A stretch of 64,000 nucleotides of DNA from a virus. Positions 56,743 through 64,000 of the stretch are shown piece after piece (the first letter of the stretch is position 1; the number at the start of each line of letters is the position of its first letter). The notes beneath the pieces are model-generated. The model had not been told where the DNA came from, did not search any database, and was given only the letters and a program-made list of their open reading frames with translations. A program made the position numbers and the translations under genes. The stretch lies in IMG/VR virus record IMGVR_UViG_3300032050_000036, positions 32,001-96,000 of that record. The stretch is one strand, 5' to 3'.

Positions 56743-56750
56743 GAGATAAC

Positions 56751-56969
56751 ATGACAAATTTAAATGAAACTATTGTTGATGTTGCGAATAATACAGTTAC
56801 TGTTAATGATATATCTGCACAAAAAATTGCAGAACTTGCTTCTGAAGGTGCAAGAATAGAAGAAGAAAGACTTGCAGCAATAGAGGCTAGAAAAAATGCT
56901 AGGGCAGCATTAATTACTAAACTAGGTATTACTGAAGAAGAAGCACAACTTTTATGGGGTGATAATTAA
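56751..56969 (+). CDS. Tail fibre assembly chaperone-like protein
   Basis: KLGITEEEA.LL; follows the fibre gene. Confidence 0.6.
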   Translation: MTNLNETIVDVANNTVTVNDISAQKIAELASEGARIEEERLAAIEARKNARAALITKLGITEEEAQLLWGDN

Positions 56970-57598
56970 TGTCAACAGTTAGTTCAACTAGTAAAGTAGC
57001 ATACATGTATGATCAAACATCAGATACTTGGTATGCAGTTGCTGGTACGGCCAATACAAATGTTGCATATAACTGGCAGGCTGCACATACTTTTGGCTCT
57101 GTTGTAACTGTTAATGATGTTATTCGTGCTAAGGCTGGAGTAAATAGATTTCAAAACTATACCGCCAGAGATGCAGTGATTACTTCTCCAGCAAAAGGGA
57201 CTGTATGCTTTGTTGAGCAAACAAATGGCGGTACTGATATAAACCAACTTCAAATTTATAATGGTACATCATGGGTAGGAATGCTTGATACTGCAACTCT
57301 AAGCACTAAAACTGCTGATTATAACTTAGGTCTTGCAGATGCAGGACAAACATTATTAATTGATTCTACTAGCGATAGAACTGTTACTGTTCCACTCAAT
57401 TCTGCTGTACCGTTCGCAAATGGACAAAGAATAGATGTTGTAAGATTAAATACTGGCAATGTAACATTTGCTGGAGCAGTTGGTGTAACAATTAATAGCA
57501 AAAATTCAAACAAGAAAATTGCTGCAAGGTATTCTGGCGCAACTCTTATCAAATATGATACAGATACCTGGGTACTTATTGGCGATTTGACGGCGTAG
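56969..57598 (+). CDS. Tail fibre-related protein
   Basis: ARDA.I..P..G, YNGTSW, TVP....F..G and W.LIGDL. Confidence 0.7.
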   Translation: MSTVSSTSKVAYMYDQTSDTWYAVAGTANTNVAYNWQAAHTFGSVVTVNDVIRAKAGVNRFQNYTARDAVITSPAKGTVCFVEQTNGGTDINQLQIYNGTSWVGMLDTATLSTKTADYNLGLADAGQTLLIDSTSDRTVTVPLNSAVPFANGQRIDVVRLNTGNVTFAGAVGVTINSKNSNKKIAARYSGATLIKYDTDTWVLIGDLTA

Positions 57599-57606
57599 GT
57601 GATCCA

Positions 57607-59715
57607 ATGCTTGGCTGGCTTGGTAAATGGGCGGGATCCAAAGGAATGGGAAAAATCCCAAACCTTATCGGTTTAACAAAACAACAAGCAAGAGAAACTT
57701 TACAAAACGCTGGATTTAATTATGGACTAGAGAGTGAAGAAGTTCAAGGCAATGAGTCTTTAACAAATAAAGTTAAATCACAAGGCAAAGCACATAATGA
57801 TCTTGTTGATTATGAAACATCAGTAGATTATGTTATTCATACATTTACTTTTACCCCATATTCATTTACACCTACATATTCATTTACCCCTATGACATAT
57901 TCTTTTACACCAGTTTCATATTCGTTTACTCCACAAGTATATTCTTTTACCCCACAAGTATATTCGTTTACACCACAGGTATATTCGTTTACACCACAGG
58001 TATATTCGTTTACACCAATGACTGTAACTTGTGAACCATGTGAAAATTATGGAAATGTATTGGTAATTCCAACATGTAATGGAGAAGATTCTTATGAGGG
58101 ATACTGGCAACCTCAAAGACAAAACTGCTCAGATGGATCAACCGTCGACTGTCCAAATATATTTGTTGGATACGGCAATATTCTTGAGGCTAATTCTACA
58201 TCTTGTGGAGGATCTGGAACTTACTCCTTTACCCCACAAACTTATTCCTTTACACCTTACTCCTTTACGCCTACGCCTTACACATTTACACCTACCTCTA
58301 ACAACTGTCCTTCGCCAGGAGCATGGGGCGATTGGGGTCCTTGCGTAGATGGAGTCCAGAAGAGAACACGTACCAACTATGACGATGTTCCAGGCTGTCC
58401 TCCATTTATTGAAGAAGAGACGCAGTCTTGTACTGGAACTTACTCCTTTACGCCTTACTCATTTACACCTTACTCCTTTACGCCTTACACATTTACACCT
58501 ACCTCTAACAACTGTCCTTCGCCAGGAGCATGGGGCGATTGGGGTCCTTGCGTAGATGGAGTCCAGAAGAGAACACGTACTAACTACGATGATGTTACAG
58601 GATGCCCTCCATTTATCGAAGAAGAGACGCAGTCTTGTGTTGTAGCATACTCCTTTACACCTTACACATTTACACCTACCTCTAACAACTGTCCTGCACC
58701 AGGAGCATGGAGTGCGTGGGGTCCTTGCATAGATGGAGTCCAGAAGAGAACACGTACTAACTACGATGATGTTACAGGATGCCCTCCATTTATCGAAGAA
58801 GAGACTCAGTCTTGTACTGGAACTTACTCCTTTACACCTTACTCATTTACTCCTTATTCCTTTACTCCTTATTCCTTTACACCAACAGCATATTCCTTTA
58901 CTCCTTATTCCTTTACACCAGTTTCTAATGGCTGTCCTGCACCAGGAGCATGGAGTGCGTGGGGTCCTTGCGTAGATGGAGTTCAAACAAGAACACGTAC
59001 TAACTATGATGATCTTCCAGGCTGTCCTCCATTTATCGAAGAAGAGACTCAGTCTTGTGTTGTAGCATACTCCTTTACACCTTACTCCTTTACACCTTAC
59101 TCCTTTACACCTTACTCATTTACTCCTTATTCCTTTACACCAATGACATATTCGTTCACACCTTATTCATTCACGCCTTATTCATTCACGCCTTATTCAT
59201 TCACGCCTTATTCATTCACGCCTTATTCATTCACGCCTACATATGCATTTACACCAGTTTCTAATGGCTGTCCTGCACCAGGAGCATGGAGTGCGTGGGG
59301 TCCTTGCGTAGGTGGAGTGCAGACAAGAACACGTACTAACTACGACGATCTTCCAGGATGTCCTTCATTTATTGAAGAAGAAACACAGTCTTGTGTTGTA
59401 GCATATTCCTTTACTCCTTATTCCTTCACACCTTATGCCTTTACACCTACATATGCATTTACACCAATGACATATTCATTTACACCTTATTCCTTTACAC
59501 CAGTAGCATATTCATTCACACCTTATTCCTTTACACCAATGACATATTCATTTACACCTTATTCCTTTACACCAACAGCATACTCATTCACGCCTACATA
59601 TGCATTTACACCAACAAGTTCGGGCTGTGCTTGTGCTGGACTAGATAATTGTACTGGCGCATGCTGTGTAGAATGCGGTGGTTTCCTAAGTGGAGGGGAA
59701 TGTGTAGGATGCTAA
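57607..59715 (+). CDS. PASTA plus five thrombospondin-type-1-like repeats plus YSFTP repeats
   Basis: IPNLIGLT..QA...L..AG (PASTA); five C..PGAW..WGPC..G.Q.RTR....GC....EETQSC units; about 50 Y(S/T/A)FTP repeats. Confidence 0.8.
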   Translation: MLGWLGKWAGSKGMGKIPNLIGLTKQQARETLQNAGFNYGLESEEVQGNESLTNKVKSQGKAHNDLVDYETSVDYVIHTFTFTPYSFTPTYSFTPMTYSFTPVSYSFTPQVYSFTPQVYSFTPQVYSFTPQVYSFTPMTVTCEPCENYGNVLVIPTCNGEDSYEGYWQPQRQNCSDGSTVDCPNIFVGYGNILEANSTSCGGSGTYSFTPQTYSFTPYSFTPTPYTFTPTSNNCPSPGAWGDWGPCVDGVQKRTRTNYDDVPGCPPFIEEETQSCTGTYSFTPYSFTPYSFTPYTFTPTSNNCPSPGAWGDWGPCVDGVQKRTRTNYDDVTGCPPFIEEETQSCVVAYSFTPYTFTPTSNNCPAPGAWSAWGPCIDGVQKRTRTNYDDVTGCPPFIEEETQSCTGTYSFTPYSFTPYSFTPYSFTPTAYSFTPYSFTPVSNGCPAPGAWSAWGPCVDGVQTRTRTNYDDLPGCPPFIEEETQSCVVAYSFTPYSFTPYSFTPYSFTPYSFTPMTYSFTPYSFTPYSFTPYSFTPYSFTPYSFTPTYAFTPVSNGCPAPGAWSAWGPCVGGVQTRTRTNYDDLPGCPSFIEEETQSCVVAYSFTPYSFTPYAFTPTYAFTPMTYSFTPYSFTPVAYSFTPYSFTPMTYSFTPYSFTPTAYSFTPTYAFTPTSSGCACAGLDNCTGACCVECGGFLSGGECVGC
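57844..59613 (+). repeat. 15-21-nt coding repeats (YSFTP) interleaved with five 126-nt TSR-like units
   Basis: Units start at 58306, 58513, 58690, 58933 and 59269. Confidence 0.9.
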
Positions 59716-59734
59716 AATATAAAAAGGAGAAAAA

Positions 59735-59929
59735 ATGACAATTCGTAAATATGTTTTTATTATTGATGGAGAGGTAGGGCCAGACTTGCAATTTGATGAT
59801 TCTAAAAGTGAAACAAATGCAGCACTTGCTGCAGCAATGTCTTCTGATCCAAAAGTAATAGAAATACCATTAGACTCGCCAGTAACAATTGGATGGAGAT
59901 GGAATGGTACAGAATTTGTACAAGAATAA
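59735..59929 (+). CDS. Small fibre-associated protein
   Basis: AAGGAG RBS; IGWRWNGTEF. Confidence 0.65.
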   Translation: MTIRKYVFIIDGEVGPDLQFDDSKSETNAALAAAMSSDPKVIEIPLDSPVTIGWRWNGTEFVQE

Positions 59930-59935
59930 TTTAAA

Positions 59936-59969
59936 TGATGGGAGAGAGTTTTTTACCCTCTCCCAATCA
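59936..59969. terminator. Hairpin between convergent genes
   Basis: TGATGGGAGAG...CTCTCCCAATCA. Confidence 0.65.
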
Positions 59970-59971
59970 TA

Positions 59972-60535
59972 TTAGTTTGGAAAGTTTAACATTAACTCTT
60001 TAGTTCTTGGTGTAATGCCTTTCCAGGCAATCCAATTTTCACCGCCGTTTGACATGTGAAATGCAACCTGAGCATTTAATACTGGATTAAACAACTCATA
60101 GTTTGACTCTAAATTAAACTTATCTCTACGTTCAGGACCTAGGTCACCAATCATATTTATTTGAAATAAGCCATAAGAACTATCTTTAGTTCTTTTGCTA
60201 AGGTTTAGCGCCATTGGTCTACCGCCAGATTCTTTCTTGGCAATAGCCCAAGCCTCCCTTAGTTTTTGACCTTCAAAGCCTACTAGGCGTAGTAGATTTT
60301 TTAGGTCTTTGTCAGATAGATTTACAGCATTTTTGTATTTTTCTAACTGATCTTCTTTAGCCTCAGAAACACTTTTGGCCACTTTCGTGGCCTCTATTGT
60401 TTCTTGCAGCACGACAGGCGTACTGTCGTTTAATCGGTTTTCAGAAGCATTAGCCAAGTTTGACCAAACGGAAAACATAGCCAATATGCTGAGTGTTCCA
60501 ATGATGTTCCTATTATTATACATAAAGTTAATCAT
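59972..60535 (-). CDS. Secreted lytic transglycosylase (lysozyme-like)
   Basis: AWAIAKKESGG, SYGLFQIN, L.NP..NA..A and W..W. Confidence 0.85.
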   Translation of the reverse strand: MINFMYNNRNIIGTLSILAMFSVWSNLANASENRLNDSTPVVLQETIEATKVAKSVSEAKEDQLEKYKNAVNLSDKDLKNLLRLVGFEGQKLREAWAIAKKESGGRPMALNLSKRTKDSSYGLFQINMIGDLGPERRDKFNLESNYELFNPVLNAQVAFHMSNGGENWIAWKGITPRTKELMLNFPN

Positions 60536-60642
60536 AGTTTCCTCCTTAGAAACGTAATGACACCTTGTTAAAGGGTGTCATATTACTTCTTAGTATAACA
60601 CAATTTAAAGACCATAGTCAAATAATGCTATAATTGATTTCT

Positions 60643-61158
60643 ATGGCCGAAATAACTAATAATTATGGACTCACATATCCAGAATCTTCTGATCCTGTAA
60701 ATGTACATAATGATATTAAAAAATTAGCAGATGATGTTGATGATGCTATTTCTTCTCTTGATGCCTCAAATGTGCGGGTAAAAGTAATAAATAACTCAGG
60801 ATCAACTATAGGTGCAGCAAAACCAGTATATGCAGTCGGACATGAGAACAATAAAACAGAAATTGAATTATTTACATCATCATTATCTGATAACTACCCT
60901 TTACTTGGTTTAACAAAAACATCTTTAATAAATGGAGCAAGTGGAGAAGTTGTTGTTGCTGGAGTTTTAACAAATGTAAATACAAGCAGTTTTTCAGACG
61001 GAGAACTATTATATGTAGACTCTTCTGGCGTTCTTACAACCACTATAACAGGTGGTGCAGTAGGAATAGTCGCAGTATCAAGTACAACAAATGGAGTAAT
61101 TGTTGTTCAGGCAAAAGGCAACGGTACTTGGGGAGCACTAAAGAAAGGACTATCATAG
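60643..61158 (+). CDS. Virion structural protein
   Basis: YGLTYP...D.VNV..D...LA..VD; G.V...G. Confidence 0.65.
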   Translation: MAEITNNYGLTYPESSDPVNVHNDIKKLADDVDDAISSLDASNVRVKVINNSGSTIGAAKPVYAVGHENNKTEIELFTSSLSDNYPLLGLTKTSLINGASGEVVVAGVLTNVNTSSFSDGELLYVDSSGVLTTTITGGAVGIVAVSSTTNGVIVVQAKGNGTWGALKKGLS

Positions 61159-62189
61159 TGAAAAAAAAGACAGCACTTGTTTTTGGAGCAGGCGGTTTTA
61201 TAGGATCACATATGGTCAAAAGACTAAAACAAGAAAATTATTGGGTTCGTGGTGTTGATCTAAAATATCCAGAATTTGAAAAGTCACATGCAGATGAATT
61301 TATAGTTAGAGATCTCTCTGATTATGAAAATGTAGAAAAGGTTATTCAATTTAAAGGATATGCAGGTAATTTTTATTATAATGTTTTTCCAAAATTTATA
61401 GATTCTTTTGATGAAATTTATCAATTTGCAGCAGATATGGGCGGAGCAGGATATATCTTTACTGGAGATAATGATGCAAATATTATGGAAAATTCTGGAT
61501 TAATAAATTTAAATCTTTTAAGAGCACAGAATAAATTAAATATTAAAAAAAATATTAATAAAACAAAAATTTTTTATAGTAGTTCTGCATGCATTTATCC
61601 ATCTCACATTCAAGAATCAGAAAATAATAATGGATTAAAAGAAGCAGATGCATATCCAGCCAACCCTGATAGCGAATACGGCTGGGAAAAACTTTTTAGT
61701 GAAAGACTATTTTTATCATTTAATAAAAATTATAATATACCAATAGCAATAGCACGATACCATAATATTTATGGTCCAGGCGGTACTTGGCAGGGGGGTA
61801 AAGAAAAGGCCCCTGCTGCAATATGTAGAAAAGTTATACAAGCAAAAGATACAGTAGAAGTTTGGGGAAATGGAAAGCAGACCAGATCATTTTTATATAT
61901 TGATGATTGTATAGATGCTACAAGGAAATTAATGCAGTCTAACTTTACTGGCCCTATTAACATTGGCTCTGAAGAGATGGTTAGTATTAATGAGTTAGTT
62001 GACATAGCATGTTCTATAGAAAATAAAAAAATTATTAAAAAACATGTAGTTGGTCCAGTGGGAGTTCGTGGAAGAAATTCTAACAATGACTTAATTAGAT
62101 CTGAATTAAATTGGGACTATAAAACTTCTTTAAGGGATGGAATTAAAAAAACATATGACTGGATCAAACAACAAAACCAAATATTCTAA
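61158..62189 (+). CDS. NAD-dependent epimerase, GDP-mannose 3,5-epimerase-like
   Basis: GAGGFIG, AADMGGAG, YSSSACIYP, YGWEKL and GGKEKAPAAICRK. Confidence 0.88.
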   Translation: MKKKTALVFGAGGFIGSHMVKRLKQENYWVRGVDLKYPEFEKSHADEFIVRDLSDYENVEKVIQFKGYAGNFYYNVFPKFIDSFDEIYQFAADMGGAGYIFTGDNDANIMENSGLINLNLLRAQNKLNIKKNINKTKIFYSSSACIYPSHIQESENNNGLKEADAYPANPDSEYGWEKLFSERLFLSFNKNYNIPIAIARYHNIYGPGGTWQGGKEKAPAAICRKVIQAKDTVEVWGNGKQTRSFLYIDDCIDATRKLMQSNFTGPINIGSEEMVSINELVDIACSIENKKIIKKHVVGPVGVRGRNSNNDLIRSELNWDYKTSLRDGIKKTYDWIKQQNQIF

Positions 62190-63207
62190 TTTTATATTCT
62201 ATAAACTACATCACGCTGGTTTAATAAACAGGTTATATAGTTTACAATGTGCAATTGGAATATCACATATAATGAATAGGCAATTAGTTTTATATAACCT
62301 TAAAGACAGAAATGGAAAATATTTAGATGATCCATCTGTACACTATATAAAAAATTATAATTTATCTTATGGAGCAAAAAGTAATATTATTAATAATATT
62401 GAATATACAAAATTTTTTGATTTAATAGATTATGATGAAGAAAAAATTTTTGATAAAATTAACTATTACACAATTTCAAAATTTTATGATAATGAATATA
62501 CCTATACACATCCACTACATAATTCTTTTATAACTGTTTCAGAAACCTCTGAAGATAAAAATTTATTTAACGCTTTTGAAATTGATTTAACAAAAGATGA
62601 ACCATATCATTTTAAAGGCGACAACTTATCCAACTATTCTACATTATTTTTAAATAGAACAAAAGAATTAGACATTGCTTTGTCTAGTACAATGTTTAAA
62701 AAAGAATACCATGAATTTGCAGAATTGGTTAGTAAAAGTTTGGGTAAATATAACTGTATCCATGTTAGGCTTACTGATCATAAACATAACTTTAATGTTA
62801 CAGAAAATAATTTAATTGATGCAATAGAAAATTTAAACAATTTACCAATTATAGTTTGTACAGATGAGCCAGAACACGAAATGTTTAAAAATAAAAATAT
62901 TAAACTTATAGATGATATTATTGTAAACAATTTTTCAAAAGAGTTCAAAGATTTATCTATCAACTCAGAGATAGTTTTTGGATTGGTATCACTTTTAATT
63001 GCATCAAAATCTCAAGATTTTATAGGAACATATTTTAGTACATTCACATCATATATTCATAGGCAACACTACCAAAGAGACATAATCAAGCCTGCAAAAT
63101 TTTTAGGAAGGTCTGATTTATCTGAGTCAGGATCACCATGGTCTTGGGTAGGCATAGGAAAGCAAGGAATAGCAAGAGACTGGCCAGAGTCAAGACTTAT
63201 GATATAA
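62155..63207 (+). CDS. O-fucosyltransferase family protein (GT-B, POFUT-like)
   Basis: GLINR...A......NRQLVL, IHVRLTD, IVCTDE and FIGT..STFT..I. Confidence 0.75.
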   Translation: MTGSNNKTKYSNFIFYKLHHAGLINRLYSLQCAIGISHIMNRQLVLYNLKDRNGKYLDDPSVHYIKNYNLSYGAKSNIINNIEYTKFFDLIDYDEEKIFDKINYYTISKFYDNEYTYTHPLHNSFITVSETSEDKNLFNAFEIDLTKDEPYHFKGDNLSNYSTLFLNRTKELDIALSSTMFKKEYHEFAELVSKSLGKYNCIHVRLTDHKHNFNVTENNLIDAIENLNNLPIIVCTDEPEHEMFKNKNIKLIDDIIVNNFSKEFKDLSINSEIVFGLVSLLIASKSQDFIGTYFSTFTSYIHRQHYQRDIIKPAKFLGRSDLSESGSPWSWVGIGKQGIARDWPESRLMI

Positions 63208-63214
63208 TTCCATT

Positions 63215-63604
63215 ATGGCTACCTTTCGAAATCAAACTACAGATAGTTATGCACTAGGCTCAACTCCACCAGAAATAAGATGGACTATAGTTAGAGGAGA
63301 CTCTGCAGCATTTAGAGTTTATGTTACAGATGACGAAAGAAATCCACTACTCATGGAAGATTGGCAAGTTGATATGGACATATATCGTCCATCTACAGAT
63401 GAGGTTGTTTTATCCTTAGAACCACAACCAATTGAATTTCAAGATAGTGAAGGTAGTTTTACTGTTTCTCTGACATCAGTGCAGTCTGAAATTTTAGAAA
63501 CAGGAGATGTTTTTGATATACAACTTACAGAACTTAATTCTGGCACCAGAGTTTGGACGGTAGCCAAAGGTTCAATGGTTATTATTGAAGACATAACAGA
63601 TTAA
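63215..63604 (+). CDS. Virion structural protein
   Basis: Leaderless; VRGDS...FDIQ...WTV..G....EDIT; paralogue of 52345. Confidence 0.65.
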   Translation: MATFRNQTTDSYALGSTPPEIRWTIVRGDSAAFRVYVTDDERNPLLMEDWQVDMDIYRPSTDEVVLSLEPQPIEFQDSEGSFTVSLTSVQSEILETGDVFDIQLTELNSGTRVWTVAKGSMVIIEDITD

Positions 63605-63849
63605 TGACAGCAAGTTTAAAACCAATATCTGATCAAGTATATAGAACAACACATCGTATAGCACATGCTCAAATAAAACCACTTGAAGAGCGGTATGTAA
63701 AAATAAATGACATAACATCTAAGGTAATAGTAGAAGAAATAGTCCCATTCAAAGTACAGTTTATAAATGTTGGAGTTTTTGGTTTTTCTAAAGACAATCC
63801 AGCAGGAGTTGGAGTTGCAGTTATTGGTTACAGTAACTACATTCTTTAA
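63604..63849 (+). CDS. Hypothetical virion-region protein
   Basis: TAATG coupling. Confidence 0.6.
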   Translation: MTASLKPISDQVYRTTHRIAHAQIKPLEERYVKINDITSKVIVEEIVPFKVQFINVGVFGFSKDNPAGVGVAVIGYSNYIL

Positions 63850-63880
63850 TAAATAATAAAAAAGGAGTTATAATAAGGCC

Positions 63881-64000
63881 ATGGCAAAAATATCAATCCC
63901 CAATTTGAAGACTAAGTTTGAGACTGGAGATCGTCCATCTCAACAAGATTATGAAGATTTAATTGACTCAGCCTCTGCTCGTTCCACAGATCTTGGATCT
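63881..64000 (+). CDS. Tail protein, truncated by the window end
   Basis: LKTKFETGDRPSQQDYEDLIDS motif. Confidence 0.65.
   Translation, partial: MAKISIPNLKTKFETGDRPSQQDYEDLIDSASARSTDLGS

Noticed and set aside
57844-59613. CRISPR array or diversity-generating retroelement in the repeats
   Set aside because: The repeats are in-frame coding units, the differences are not adenine-specific, and no reverse transcriptase is present in the window
57844-59613. Multi-core RiPP precursor
   Set aside because: No protease recognition sites between units; folded domains are interleaved; tail-module context
1-64000. Prophage/integration module, introns/inteins or alternative genetic code
   Set aside because: No integrase or host flank seen; the terminase is uninterrupted; genes read fully in code 11 with all three stop codons used and no suppressor tRNA

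Overview
A 64-kb, AT-rich segment of a large tailed dsDNA phage genome. No integrase, rRNA or host housekeeping operons are visible. The host is probably an actinobacterium, possibly a low-GC freshwater lineage; this is inferred from a WhiB gene, a PASTA domain, AGAAAGGA ribosome-binding sites, many leaderless TGnTATAAT promoters and PstS. Layout: (1) 1-4.5 kb, Cas4-like exonuclease, RuvC-like resolvase and terminase. (2) 4.5-32 kb, surface proteins, CHAP endolysin, proteases, a cluster of 2OG-Fe(II) oxygenases, sugar-nucleotide and glycosyltransferase genes, CysC, Hsp20 and PstS. (3) 32.1-33 kb, six tRNAs with an HNH gene among them. (4) 35.1-36.1 kb, a non-coding origin-like region with DnaA boxes. 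(5) 36-48.5 kb, small putative early genes transcribed divergently from about 47.1 kb, with spacers full of repeated motifs (CRP-type palindromes, CGACACGCC, AAAACGGACATTT, TGTCAG exactly 10 nt upstream of the -10 box). (6) 52-64 kb, tail and fibre genes. Best candidates for undescribed biology: a PASTA protein with five thrombospondin-type-1-like repeats and about 50 YSFTP repeats, encoded near a GDP-mannose 3,5-epimerase and an O-fucosyltransferase-family gene (a eukaryote-like protein glycosylation module); a five-copy covarying H-type pseudoknot placed 3' of genes; and the multi-motif regulatory grid of the early region. All family assignments come from motif recognition by eye, not from database searches.
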